DNA of 64,000 nt from Octopus vulgaris (lineage: Eukaryota): positions 20,832,001 to 20,896,000 of the forward strand of contig OX597827.1 in NCBI GenBank assembly GCA_951406725.2. The letters run 5' to 3'. This document shows positions 1-12,058 of the stretch, piece after piece (the stretch's first letter is position 1; each line of letters begins with the position of its first letter). Made by a program: the position numbers and the translations under genes. The notes beneath the pieces are model-generated. The model worked only from the letters and a program-made list of their open reading frames with translations. It was not told the origin of the DNA and did not search any database.

Positions 1-148
1 ACCAAGTTGCAAACTGAGAGGGAACCAGAATTTTGGTATACCAAATATATGAATGATTCAGACTGGTTGAGAAGCATACAAGAAAACTAAGGCCTAACAC
101 CACCACCAACGCCACCACCACCGCCGCCGTATAGTGTATATGCATGCA

Positions 149-472
149 CTGGCACTATGACCCGGCGTTGCCGGGTCAGACAGATATGTTATGTATGTAG
201 TCATATACACAGACATCTCAAAAGTAAATAACCTCATTTTAGAAACAAATGCAGGTATAGATGGCTATCTCATCAGATCAACAGAATATCGTGGTTGCAT
301 TCGTTTTTTTCAACTCCTTAAGACTCTACATTACACTTTTACAAATTGGGGAATATCACGTGCTTTGTAGGCTGCTGGTCCACTAAAGGAGCTTTTGGGG
401 GATTACCACAAGATTGTATAAACCCATATATTTTGCATCAAATTTACATGTGTGTGTGTGTGTGTGTGTAGA
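149..472 (-). mobile_element. Putative non-autonomous Helitron (degenerate)
   Basis: Perfect 9-bp hairpin TGACCCGGC-GTT-GCCGGGTCA at 158-178, about 10 nt from a CTAG-like end (CCAG on minus). The other end reads A|TC-TACACA on minus. The hairpin resembles those at 30838 and 57582. Confidence 0.5.
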
Positions 473-1230
473 TACTATCAGTCAGTGAAAACTGAGAGTC
501 TGCTTCATTTTTGGAGGAGTGTGGGGGTGGGGGCGGGGAAATAATTGTAATAGTTTATGTCTTGGAGGATTTTTAAAAGTTCGTCAAGTTCTAATTATTG
601 TCTCCTACTATGTCATTTGAGTGGCAGTTAACAATTGCCAGTTGATAATTTGATGGAAATTCTTAAATAATGCTGTCAAATGGATTTTGAAAGATTTTTT
701 AATGGTTCTACATTTTCATCGAGATCAGAAAAAAATCTGTCAAAACTCTGGCACCAGACTAACGAGAAAGTCTGCAATAAATTCAAAAGGAAACGTAGCG
801 TTTGTTTTTTTGTTTCTTCTTTTATTTTTCATTTTTCTTGAAGTTATTTGCCATTAGCTGGGAGTGAAAAAAATAAAGGAAATTTATATTTAAAAGCTTT
901 CATTGTAGAGTTTATGCTGCATGGAAGTAGAGAATTGTCTTCTAATCTAAAACTGAACTTGTTAAGCATCACCATTCAATCAGCTGACATTGCCAATTCC
1001 TATAAAGATTCACTGTTTAAAGAAATTGGTAGTGCTTGAACAGAGTTTTTTTCTCTTTAGAAAAAAAACCCCGAAATATCCATCTGCTGCTGAAGAGAAA
1101 AAAAATCATGAGCCAACCTTAGCACATTTAAGCCATCTTATGGCAGTGAAGTATGGTAAGTCCTAATATTCCAATGGTTGGAATGGACAATGGCTAGATG
1201 CATGGGGTCAAGTGAAATCCACTGCTGAGA

Positions 1231-1562
1231 TGCAGGTGTTGTGGTGTGTTTAAGGAGTTTGCTTTGCAATCACATGGTTCTGGGTTCAATCTCACTGCAT
1301 GGAACCTTGGACAAGTGTGTTCTAGTTTAACTTGAGGCCAACCAAAGCCCCTTGTAAGTGTCTTTGGTAGATGGAAACTGAAAGAAGCCTATTGTGTGTG
1401 CGTGTCTCCTTGTTTTGACATTCTGTGAATGTCATTCATTTTCAATATCCTGCAAAAGAATTAACCAGCTCAGAAACAAGGATTGGCAACAGAAATGACA
1501 ACTGGCTGCAAAATATCTGCCTCAATAAACCTCCATCTGATCTGAGATGATGACGATGATGA
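1231..1562 (+). mobile_element. Degenerate tRNA-derived SINE (CORE-like body, RTE-type (TGA)n tail)
   Basis: B-box-like GGTTCAATCTC, body CCTTGGACAAGTG...GGAAACTGAAAGAAGCC shared with the intact copies at 24348 and 26508, ends in GATGATGACGATGAT. Confidence 0.65.
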
Positions 1563-1775
1563 CAACTGGATCACAAGCAATCTGCTGAGGAATGGTTCCC
1601 GTAAAATACCACATGACCTGTGGCTTATGTGTTATGCAGGTCTTCTATCAAATATAATTGGGAGCAGTTTGTTAATTAACTCATGCCATCAGCAGGACGG
1701 TGACCACCGGACAATCATGAGTCATTTAAAATGCTAGAAATAACAGTTAATTTTCTATTACATTATATTGAATAA

Positions 1776-1998
1776 AAGGCGGCGAGCTGGCAGAAACGTT
1801 AGCATGCTGGGCGAAATGTATAGCTGTATTTTGTCTGCCGTTGCATTCTGAGTTCAAATTCCACTGAGGTCGACTTCACCTTTCATCTTTTCGGGGTCGA
1901 TAAATTAATTGCCAGTTATGCACTGGGGTAATCGACTTAATCCGTTTGTCCTTGTTTGTCCCCTCTGTGTTTAGCCCCTTGTGGGTAGTAAAGAAATA
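1776..1998 (+). mobile_element. tRNA-derived SINE, family A, with 12-bp TSD
   Basis: Head GGCGGCGAGCTGGCAGAA, B-box GAGTTCAAATTCC, central CCTTTCATCTTTTCGGGGTCGATAAATTAA. TSD TATATTGAATAA at 1764-1775 and 1999-2010. Confidence 0.85.
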
Positions 1999-2619
1999 TA
2001 TATTGAATAATGTAATGTGAGATAAACTGTCTGAGCAGGGAGTAGGGCGTGGCTGGAATGTCTTTGATAATATGTTTCCTAAATCAAATTTGATGACTCG
2101 GGGTTAAACAGTAGAGTAACAATAAGGCACCATTTGTCATGGGTGAGCAAGAGAGTGAGTGGGGTATCACCAAACAAGATGAATCAGAAATAACGAGATG
2201 AACACAACTTAATTAGAGGAGTATGACCTTAATATGTGGAGGGGGTCTGAATTATTAAGTGCAATAAAGGAAAAATAACTGAATCTCCAAAGAAACATTG
2301 TGATGTAACAAAATAAGTCTTATTGTTGTTTAGCAAAGAGATTCAGTTCTGACTGAAAACAGGTCAATCTCCAGTGATGGCCACACAACCTGATTGTGCT
2401 CCTCAGAATGTTCCTTCCCCTTTTTATGGTGATCAGGTGAGATTTGAGAGCGCCTTAGCTGTTAGTGCTAGCAGATCAAGCAATAATGACATAGAGGAGC
2501 TCGTATGATCTGATTGGACTTAATTAAATATAATCAAATTCATTGACTATTGATCTGTGACTCGAGCAGCAAAAGGGAACCGAAAGCCAAAAGAGGAGTT
2601 GGGCCCAAGTTAGCTGTTT

Positions 2620-2800
2620 GTTTTTAGCCCTAGGTTGGCACTGATGAAGCAAGCTTATGCTCAAAAACATTCCAAATGTGGCCATCCCATCTTTTGTGTA
2701 TGTAGAGCTATATTATACAATGTATCCTTCTATTTTTTCAAAACAGTAAGGTGTGATTTGAGGAAATTTGGTTTGTTATTTTTAGCAATTCAAATGTAAA
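2620..2800 (+). mobile_element. Old interspersed repeat (probably SINE relic)
   Basis: Motif chain TTTAGCCC...ACATTCCA...GGTGTGATTTGAGGAAATTTGG recurs in diverged form near 15320-15450, 19120-19300 and 34700-34770. Confidence 0.4.
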
Positions 2801-3189
2801 GTTTCTCTTTTAAGATAGCATCTGACAAAAAGAGAAGTGAGAGTAGTCAGGTATTGTTGATAAGGGAGGAGGAGGAGGATGAAGGGGAGGGGAGGAGGGT
2901 AGAGACAGGCATTGTTGATTTCGTACATCCCCAGATCAGATTTGATTGAACAATAATACATGTAGGTAGTTGGACATATGACTACATGTCACCTAAATGG
3001 TTACATGTAGCCTCCAAAATACTGATTGCTCCACATTTATCATGCCTGTGCCTAACTAATGATTACACTGAGTATTCCACCGTACACCATACATGTTAAA
3101 CATACCATATGTATTCCTTATACCTCTATTTGTTAGCCAATCTATCAAGTTATATACCTGTGCATGTGTGTGTGCTCATCATGTTGAAT

Positions 3190-3370
3190 TATTAACCCCT
3201 ACACATTTTTTTCTGCTATTTTTACTTCTCTCTCTCTCAATCCTTTCTGTCAAAGAGCTTAGGCTTGAAACATCAAAGACTTTTCCATCCTTCCTGAGCG
3301 TCAAACTAACACACCTGCTTGTTGCTCCTTCACCTGTCTTTGTCTTCTGTTTTCTGTAAATTTGAACTAC
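3190..3370 (+). mobile_element. Penelope-like terminal repeat relic with decayed hammerhead-like motif
   Basis: CTGTCAAAGAGCTTAGGCTTGAAACATCAAAGAC...GAGCGTCAAACTAA is homologous to the reverse complement of 11876-12058. Confidence 0.5.
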
Positions 3371-3429
3371 ATGTTTATGAGCAGTCTGTGTGTGTTTGCG
3401 TAGAGTGTATGATGATGATGATTATTATT

Positions 3430-3790
3430 ATTATCATCATCATTTAACATCCATTTTTCCAAGCCTGCATGGATCAAACAGAATTTGTCACCAACCGTCA
3501 CTTGTTTCCAAGCAAGGCAATACATTCCATTGCTCTTCATAGAAAATTGGAAACAAACACCATTGCTTGTATCATGGTAAAGCTTCTTTTATAACAATCA
3601 CGTGATGTCAAGACAAGACAAGGACACACACACACACATGCACAAAGGGGTTCTTTCAGTTTCCATCTGCTGAATCTATTGAGAAGACTTTTGGTCAGTC
3701 CACAGCTAGAGAAAAGGAGAGTTCTTGCTCAAGATGAACCCAGGGCCACATGATTGGGAAACAAACTTCTCAATAACACAGCCATGTCTG
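3430..3790 (-). mobile_element. Degenerate tRNA-derived SINE (same type as 1231-1562)
   Basis: TTCTTTCAGTTTCCATCTGC and ACACAGCCATG match the reverse SINE body and head; (CAT)n tail on the left. Confidence 0.55.
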
Positions 3791-3821
3791 TGGATGTGTG
3801 GGCTGTGTGTACATACATACA

Positions 3822-3862
<41 letters not shown>

Positions 3863-3912
3863 TGTGTATATATATATATATATATACATGCATTTATGTA
3901 TATGTATGTACA

Positions 3913-5150
3913 TATATAGGTAAACAGTAAAAATAATTACAGACATGGACAAGAACATGAAACGCCACAGAGACGACACAAGAACCACAGGACGGGACAT
4001 TCGAAGCCTTCAGTCATCAGTCAAGAACCAGATCATCTTAGCAATTTCGGCTGATTAATCTTGAGATTGCTCCGATATGGCCAGCCCGCCACGGGAAATC
4101 TAAGCCAAGTGCATTAGATCCCCTGGAAGAAAGCTTCGAATGTATACAACACGAGGACGGAAAACGAACGAAGTACACGAACAAAAATACAGAATACGTG
4201 ACAACAATAAGAATACAAAAACGTAAAAACAATAACGGTAAAAATAAAGTATAAAAAATAAACAACAAAACAAAACCAGGACGTAGGACAAGGGTCTTTC
4301 GACAGGACGAATTGAGCATGGGGCTGGCTTATGAAGTTGTGCCTAATGGCCACAGGGAGACGAACAAGTACGTGTTGCTTCAACGGCTGCTGGAACGAAA
4401 AGAGCGTTCAACAGCGGCTAGCGGTCACGTGAGAACAAAAGACAAGAGAAAGGGACAGATGAAAAGAGAGAGAAGGTGGACGAGGGAGGAGAAGAAAGAG
4501 ACAGATCGAGGGGGCTGGAGGTGAGAGAGATAGAGAAACGTAGAAGGGGGGGGAAACGGATGGAGAGGGAAAGAAAGGAGGGGGAATAAGGGAGGAGAGA
4601 GAGAGAGAAAGAAAGATTAAGAGTCGTATCAATGCTTGAGAAAAAAATATACTTATCGTATAAGGACAATTGTGGATACGTAGCCGCCGATTATATAGGT
4701 AAACAGTAAAAATAATTACAGACATGGACAAGAACATGAAACGCCACAGAGACGACACAAGAACCACAGGACGGGACATTCGAAGCCTTCAGTCATCAGT
4801 CAAGAACCAGATCATCTTAGCAATTTCGGCTGATTAATCTTGAGATTGCTCCGATATGGCCAGCCCGCCACGGGAAATCTAAGCCAAGTGCATTAGATCC
4901 CCTGGAAGAAAGCTTCGAATGTATACAACACGAGGACGGAAAACGAACGAAGTACACGAACAAAAATACAGAATACGTGACAACAATAAGAATACAAAAA
5001 CGTAAAAACAATAACGGTAAAAATAAAGTATAAAAAATAAACAACAAAACAAAACCAGGACGTAGGACAAGGGTCTTTCGACAGGACGAATTGAGCATGG
5101 GGCTGGCTTATGAAGTTGTGCCTAATGGCCACAGGGAGACGAACAAGTAC
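3913..5150. mobile_element. Non-coding element with two 459-bp direct repeats (3913-4371, 4692-5150) around a 320-bp purine-rich spacer, inserted in (TA)n
   Basis: Repeat offset is 779 bp, the copies appear identical, and the ORF-track translations at 4038-4319 and 4817-5098 are identical. TA-rich microsatellite on both flanks. The direct repeat is certain; the class assignment is not. Confidence 0.7.
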
Positions 5151-5294
5151 ATATATATATATGTACATATATATATATATATATATACATGCATGCATAT
5201 ATACATACATGTATATTGTATATGTATATACATATATCTCTTTTACTCTTTTACTTGTTTCAGCCATCCGGCTGAGGCTGTGCTGGGGCACCGC

Positions 5295-5340
<46 letters not shown>

Positions 5341-5367
5341 AAACACACACACACTTAAAAATAGATC

Positions 5368-5405
<38 letters not shown>

Positions 5406-6043
5406 CGTGTAATCGAATAACTATGAAATCCTGTTTAACGAGGCCATATAAATAAGACAGATATATTAAGAAAGAGTTAAAAAAGAAAGAGAGGAAACGG
5501 AGAAAGAAGAGGAGGAGGAAGAGGAGGAGACAGAAGTGCCTTAAGAGATGTGAAATGAGGTAAGTATCGATCTGTAGAAGCCGAAGATACGAGATCTAGC
5601 TCAGCTGTCTGAATGTGGATAATGTAATTTAACACAGCCGTCGCCATCTCCACCACCATCTCATAATAGTAATAATAATAATAATAATAGTCACCCACTC
5701 AACGTCTCGTCTGTCAGCAGACGGGGAGGAGGTGTGGGTGGGAACCGTAGTATTGTCTATAAAAAAAAAAAGAAATATTAAAGAAAAACACGACGACGAC
5801 AATGATGATGCCGATGACACGGTAGCGATAACATAAATAAGGATGCTTAATTTGGGTCAGTTGATGATGGGGGACCTTGCTCCCTAACCCCCACTTTTAA
5901 ACCCTTGTCGTATCGATAATGGTGATTGGGTGTGGGCGAAGAACGGTGGTTGACTGATTGGTTTTTTTTATGCTGAAGTACGTCGCATTAGAAAATTTCG
6001 TCGACAACATTTTAAACCCAAAACATACCAGACGCACTTTATA

Positions 6044-6240
6044 TACACCCGTACACACACTAGACGTGCATATATACTTGGATACATACTGTAGAAGCAC
6101 TTATATACATGAATACACACACACACACACACACATATATATACATATATATATACACCCATACACACACTAGACGTGCATATACACATGGATACATACT
6201 GTAGAAGCACTTATATACATGAATACACACACACACACAC
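6044..6240 (+). repeat. Tandem duplication of a ~110-bp unit
   Basis: CACACTAGACGTGCATATA...GGATACATACTGTAGAAGCACTTATATACATGAATACACAC occurs twice. Confidence 0.85.
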
Positions 6241-6243
6241 ATA

Positions 6244-6275
<32 letters not shown>

Positions 6276-7489
6276 CACGCTTAAGTATACACATATGCAT
6301 GTATGCACACATTTGTAAACGTACTCATATACATATATACACTAGTAGAAGTACTTACGTACAAAAATACCCACGATGCACAGACTTGTATACTTGTATA
6401 CACGCGTTTTGCGTGTTGTAACACGCATATTCCACCACAAAGTTAAAACGTAGACAAACACGCACACAAACATATGTATATCATACGTTTAGAATATATT
6501 TAATATATAGTCACACACACACAGAACGTACAAGAGTATACATATACATACAGTCATACATATACATACACCAAACAGGCACACATAGTTACGGACACAT
6601 TCATGTACATTGATACACACACAAACCATTACAAATATATAGACCATACATCTATTACATACACAGACATGTCCTTATACACACACACACGTTTATCATT
6701 CAGTATATACACATATATATTATACAGCTGTACAAACCTATACACAGATACATACATGATACACACTTATACATACACACCTATGACGTGTGTCTCATCA
6801 GATGTTAGTGTGTATAAATTGCGTATGTATTTAATATCGTGCAACTAAACAGTTTTCGTTGATATCGATGAAGATACAAGGAGTTGAGGATTAATAATAA
6901 CAACATCAGTAATAATATCGATGTTATTCTAGCATGGCGGAATTGAAAGCAGTAGATCCGCCAAGGCATATGTATGTCTGTATGTATCTATCTATCTTTC
7001 TATCTATCTACACACACATGCACACATACCCATATTAATGCTCATATATTTGAGTTTCTCTGTCAAAGACAATCACTCTATACACACACACAGACACACA
7101 TCTTTATTACAATGAAGTTGATGTAAATATATCTACATGTGCAATCGAAACACTACAAGGCCTTCTCATTATTTATCACTCTCTCCTCCGAGTAACTCCA
7201 ACCTCACAGTGCCTCTTACACCAACCACCAGCACCACCACCACCATTGCCTCCGCCTTGCCGAAACACTGAAACAGGGCTGTAAAAGAGGGGGGTTTCTA
7301 TCACCAAGTCTACCTGCTGTTTCACAGCACACCGATATTTTCACCCATATCAGGTGACATGAATGTGTGTCATCTGGGCTGAGTGGTCAACAAACATACT
7401 TCTACATCATTCACTCTATGTCTGTTTTAATCAGAGACTGTAAGGGCTGCCCTCATACAGCTGTTACAGCACTGTAAGTGGGGTTTGAA

Positions 7490-8180
7490 GAAGCTGCTTG
7501 GTCATTCAAAGGTGATGTGGTATATCTTGGCTTTGTAAAGGCCTTTGACAAGGTAGACCATGGGGCATGATATGTCACAGGCTGTGAGATGTTGCATTGC
7601 GAGTGGCTACATGACTTTTTAAAAGATAGAAGTGAGGTAGTTGCAGCCAATGATGCCCTCTCTAGAAGAACATAAATTCTGAGTGGAGTCTCCCCAGGGA
7701 GCTGTCCTGGAGCCACTACTGTTTATAGTAGCTCTCTTAGACAATGGTCACTCACACAGCCACTGTCACTAGCTATGCTAATGATACGAAATTATGTATG
7801 ACAGGCAATAAAGAATCCTGACAATGTTACAAGCTGGCAGTGGGACCTAAGTGCAATATACAGGATGGCCAAGCAAAACATGTAGCTTAATACTGGAAAA
7901 CTTCAGGCATTGTGCTCTCAGCTCATAAATGCACCACAGTTTTCATATATAGGGTTTAAGGGTAATGCAATCCCAAAGTCAAAAACAGTGATGCACCATA
8001 TCATGTGCACCTTACTAAGCAACAAAGTGTAGACAATTTACAGAATGGATATTAAGGTCCTCCAGGAAGCCATGTTGGCCCCGAGGAAGGCCTTTCTTCT
8101 CAGCTACATGGACTATTGCTCTCTGCTGTGGTCAGAGCATAGTATCAAACTAACACTGGAGCTTGAAGTAATTCAAAGTT
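7490..8180 (+). pseudogene. CR1/Jockey-type LINE reverse transcriptase relic
   Basis: Manual translation gives DVVYLGFVKAFDKVDHG, SGV-PQGAVLEPLLFIV and SYANDTKL, i.e. decayed DFxKAFD, GVPQG and YADD motifs, with stops and frameshifts. Confidence 0.8.
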
Positions 8181-8184
8181 ACTG

Positions 8185-9053
8185 CGAGGGTTGGACTGAA
8201 AAGTTCATAGGCTGACCATGGACAGAGTGATGCTACAGCTGTGAAATCTGGCATGCTTTAATTTTAACTCTTCTAATTAATAACTGCATTGGTTCCAAGT
8301 AAACTAATATCTGATTGTTCAAAGAATACTTCAAAAGTAACCAGTAGCAACTTTTCTTGAAAATGGGCAAAATTTGGTATCGTGGTCTTATCAAATACCT
8401 GCAGAAAACAAGGGCTTAGCTCCCAAGGACATTCATGCTGACATGGTTGATACATTTAGGGATGACACAGCAGCTTTATCAACAGTGCAAAAGTGGGCAG
8501 CTGAATTTAGGAGGGAAAGGGTGAGTGTTGAAGACGAACCAAACTGTGGACATCCTGTAACTGCCACAACAGAAGAAAACATTGATTGTGTTCGCTACAT
8601 GGTGATGGATGACAGGTGATTGACAATAAATCAAACAGCCAATGCTATTTGCACATTCCATGAGAGAGTTGAGAATATTCTATGCAATGAACTTGGCATG
8701 ACAAAGGTGTCTGATCAAAAGTGCACCAGGCTGATCACATCGCAAGAAAATCTGACATTGTTTGAGGCAGATCCAGCTGCTTTCCTTGAACATTTCCTAA
8801 ATCAGAATGAGTGTTGGCTTCATCATTTCGAGCCAGAGACAAAGTGACAATCCATGCAGTGGAAACACCTCTCCTCACCTGCTCCAAAGAAAGCCAAGGT
8901 CGTTTCTTCTACAAGGAAGGTGATGGCTTCAGCTTCTTGGGATGCAAAAGGCATTGTGCTTATTGACTATCTTCAAAAGGGACAAACCATCAATGGAGAG
9001 TGTCATGCTAATGTGCTGAGGCAGTTACAAAAGGTTATCAAGACTAAACATCC
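8185..9053 (+). mobile_element. mariner transposon, decayed and 3'-truncated
   Basis: TIR-like start CGAGGGTTGGACTGAAAAGTTC; transposase fragments IHADMVDTF...STVQKWAAEFRR, NECWLHHFEPETK, MQWKH...KKAK...KVMASASWDAKGIVLIDYLQKGQTINGE; in-frame stops; cut off by an RTE-type tail at ~9055. Confidence 0.9.
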
Positions 9054-9122
9054 AATGCTAGCATGGAAAACGGACGCTAAACGATGATGATGATGATGAT
9101 GATAAAACATATATATAACATA

Positions 9123-9172
<50 letters not shown>

Positions 9173-9279
9173 AAACATCACTACATGTTTTTCCAATAGC
9201 TACTGAAACGTCTATAAGTGATGATTCAAGCTGTCCATTATTATTCCTTTGCCACTGCTAACAACAAAAAAAATCTTTT

Positions 9280-10005
9280 CCCTAAGAATGAAGGGCAGAT
9301 TGTATGATGTTGAGTGAAAACCTGGGCATAAGAGGAATCAGATGTTGTATCCAAGAAAGAAGACCAAGATGGTATGGGCCATGTGAAACATGGACCATGT
9401 GGTGAATAGGAACAGCTGTATAAAGAAGGTGCCATTAACTTAATGTGAGCCAGCAAAAGAGGAAAACCCAGGAAGATATGGGATGAAGTGGTAAAAGTTG
9501 ACCTCAGAGCCTTGAGGCTGATGGATGAGATGACCAGAATCTTTGGTGATATGAGGTTTTTGAAAAGAAAAACTTGCCCTCCTCAACAAAGCTGAATTCC
9601 AGAAGCACAACCCCATTTTTGCTTTGTGGGGCAACTTCAGCACTTCAACAACAATATTGCTTTGCATCTCCTGATCAGTGTCTATCTTCTCTCCCACCTT
9701 TCATACTAGATGTGAAAAACCATGTAGATTCCTCTGCAGGAATCTGAACTTCTCCTCACCCCCACCCCATCTACCCCTGGGCCTGTAATCCTGTTGCAAA
9801 TTCCATGGCAATCTCATTAATGCAGGTGCCCTCTCCCCAAAGCACCTAGTACATGCTGTAAAGTGGTTGGCATTAGGAAGAGCATTCAGCTGTAGAAGCC
9901 TTGCCAAAGCAGACATAGGAGCTCGATGCAGTCCTTGGACAGATTGGAACCTGTCAAACTGACTGACCTATGCCAGCATGGACCAGGCACATTGAATGAA
10001 GATGG
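9280..10005 (+). mobile_element. Degenerate RTE LINE 3' end
   Basis: CTGGGCATAAGAGGAATCAGATG and CCCAGGAAGATATGGGATGAAGTGG match the C-terminus of the RTE at 40376; tail motif GTGGTTGGCATTAGGAAGAGCATTCAGCTGTAGAA at ~9862. Confidence 0.65.
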
Positions 10006-10142
10006 GATGTGTATATGTATATAAACATGCACACACATGCATGCATGCATGTATGCATGCATGTATGCATGATTGCACATGTGTGTGCACTCATGCCTGG
10101 TATTTGGGCTAAATTTGATTATTTTTTTTATGTCTCCTTTTT

Positions 10143-11351
10143 TCAGGAACATCCTACTGTATTAGTGAACAGTCAATGGTGTTGGAGAGCATAAATATTA
10201 AAATTATAGTTGAGAAAAGGTTGGCTGACACAGCGGACTGGAAGCCATCTGAATAGAGTTACCTGTATCTTGATGATTTGCACCTGGATAGCAAAATGCT
10301 GACATCATAACTGCTGCACAGTGTTCTGTGAACACTGTAGAGACTGTAAAACGTGGCATGGCCACCTGCAATGGAGACTATGAAGCCATAGCCAGCAGGA
10401 AAGGACGCGGCAGGTGTTCCGATTGCATTGACATGCCAGTGTCCATTCAACAACAACTGCAGGACAAGGTGGTAGAAAACCTGAGCATGGGAATCCAGGC
10501 TTCAGTGAGAGAGATGAGTGTTGGAGTCACCACCATGAAGCTAGCCCCGAATGAGGACCTTTGCTACTACTTGAACAAGAGGCACAAGGGACAAATTCTG
10601 ACAGCCAAGACCAAGAAGAACCACATGACAAAGGTGAAGAAGCTCCTGAAGAAGCTGAGATATTATGTTGAACCAAGAATAATCTGGTTCTTCTCAGATG
10701 AAAAAGCCTCTGCCAGGACCAGTTGCACAGCACCCAGAACAACATGTGGTTTGCTACAATCTATGGCCTGCTACAGTCCTACATATCATGGAAACCAAGT
10801 GCGTTTCCATTGTGGGTGATATCATGCTGCCCCACATCTTTAAACGGGGCATCAGGCTCAATTTGGACGGCTACTTGAAGCTGCTGGAGACGGTGGCCAA
10901 TCCCTGACCAAAGAGGGTTGTTGCTGAAAGGCCATATTTGTGGCAGTAGGATTCGGTTCCTCGCCATGGTTCCAAAAAATGTCAAAAGAGACAGTCAGAG
11001 AATTTCTATGAGTTTACCAGCCCCAATATCTGGCCCCCTAATTCACCCAAAGGGAATCCCATGGATTTCTATGTGTGTGGCATGGTTGAGAAGGACACCA
11101 ATTGCTCTGCCTACAACACTAAGACCAAGCTACTGGCCAAGATCAAGGAAGTGTTTGAAAACCTTCCCAGGAATGCCTGCACCAAGTTCCAGAGCTGTCT
11201 TGAGGACCAATACAACTTTGAATAAACAGTTATCTCTCAGTCATAATCAAGATTTTTTTAGTTTTTCTTTTTAAAAACAGATTTATTTTTGGATGGGATA
11301 TTGTTTTCGTTTCCTTTTAGGGAAGCTGTGAAAATTTAGATGAACACCCTT
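10143..11351 (+). mobile_element. Tc1/mariner-superfamily DD37D (maT-type) transposon, decayed
   Basis: WFFSDEK (first D), then WQ*DSVPRH...WPPNSPKGNPMDF with 37 residues between the second and third D; right end TGAACACCCT. The left boundary is approximate. Confidence 0.85.
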
Positions 11352-11365
11352 CCCCCTCACTCTCT

Positions 11366-11401
<36 letters not shown>

Positions 11402-11570
11402 CAATACATAAGCAACACACCAACTGAACCCCATATTCACAAACACTGAGAACTCTCTTAACACAAAAAATCTTGTGGCTTTGTGAGCGACCAGCTCAAA
11501 CAACTCTCTCAAGAACTTGAATTTAACTCAAAGAAAAATCATTTATAAAGCCATATATACATACATATAT

Positions 11571-11606
<36 letters not shown>

Positions 11607-11724
11607 ACATATAGATATACATACATATAGATACATACATACAGATATACATACATACATACATACATACATACATACAGATATACATATACATACATAC
11701 ATACAGATATACATACATACAGAT

Positions 11725-11757
<33 letters not shown>

Positions 11758-11833
11758 TATATATATTATGTACATGCATATATATATTGTGTCTAGGGAG
11801 AGTCATTATGCCAAATTCAAAAAGGAAGTATAT

Positions 11834-11865
<32 letters not shown>

Positions 11866-11875
11866 AATATATATA

Positions 11876-12058
11876 GTGAGAATTTACAAAATTTAAAAAA
11901 AAAGACGAAGATGGGTGTGTAAACAACAAACAGATGTATTAGTTTAACGCTTGGGAAATGAGAAAGTCTTTACGTTTCGAGCCTATGCTCTTCAACAGAA
12001 AGGAACAGAGAAATAAACAGGGGGAGAAAATAAAAAAAGGTTCAGTGGCTAGCGATCT
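11876..12058 (-). mobile_element. Penelope-like terminal repeat with hammerhead-like motif, (TA)n-flanked
   Basis: Minus strand reads CTTT-CTGTTGA-A-GAGC-ATAG-GCTC-GAAACGTA-AAG; related copies at 3190, 25120 (partial), 26160 and 26330. Confidence 0.6.

Noticed and set aside
1-90. Open frame TKLQTEREPEFWYTKYMNDSDWLRSIQEN* at the window edge
   Set aside because: Too short and truncated. It loosely recalls R4/Dong-type FW...WL motifs but cannot be supported.
848-1039. 63-aa ORF in unique sequence
   Set aside because: TTG start, no recognisable domain, no convincing splice context.
3990-4030. CUGAUGA on the minus strand as a hammerhead
   Set aside because: Followed by GAAU rather than GAAA, and no stem I or II pairing could be built.
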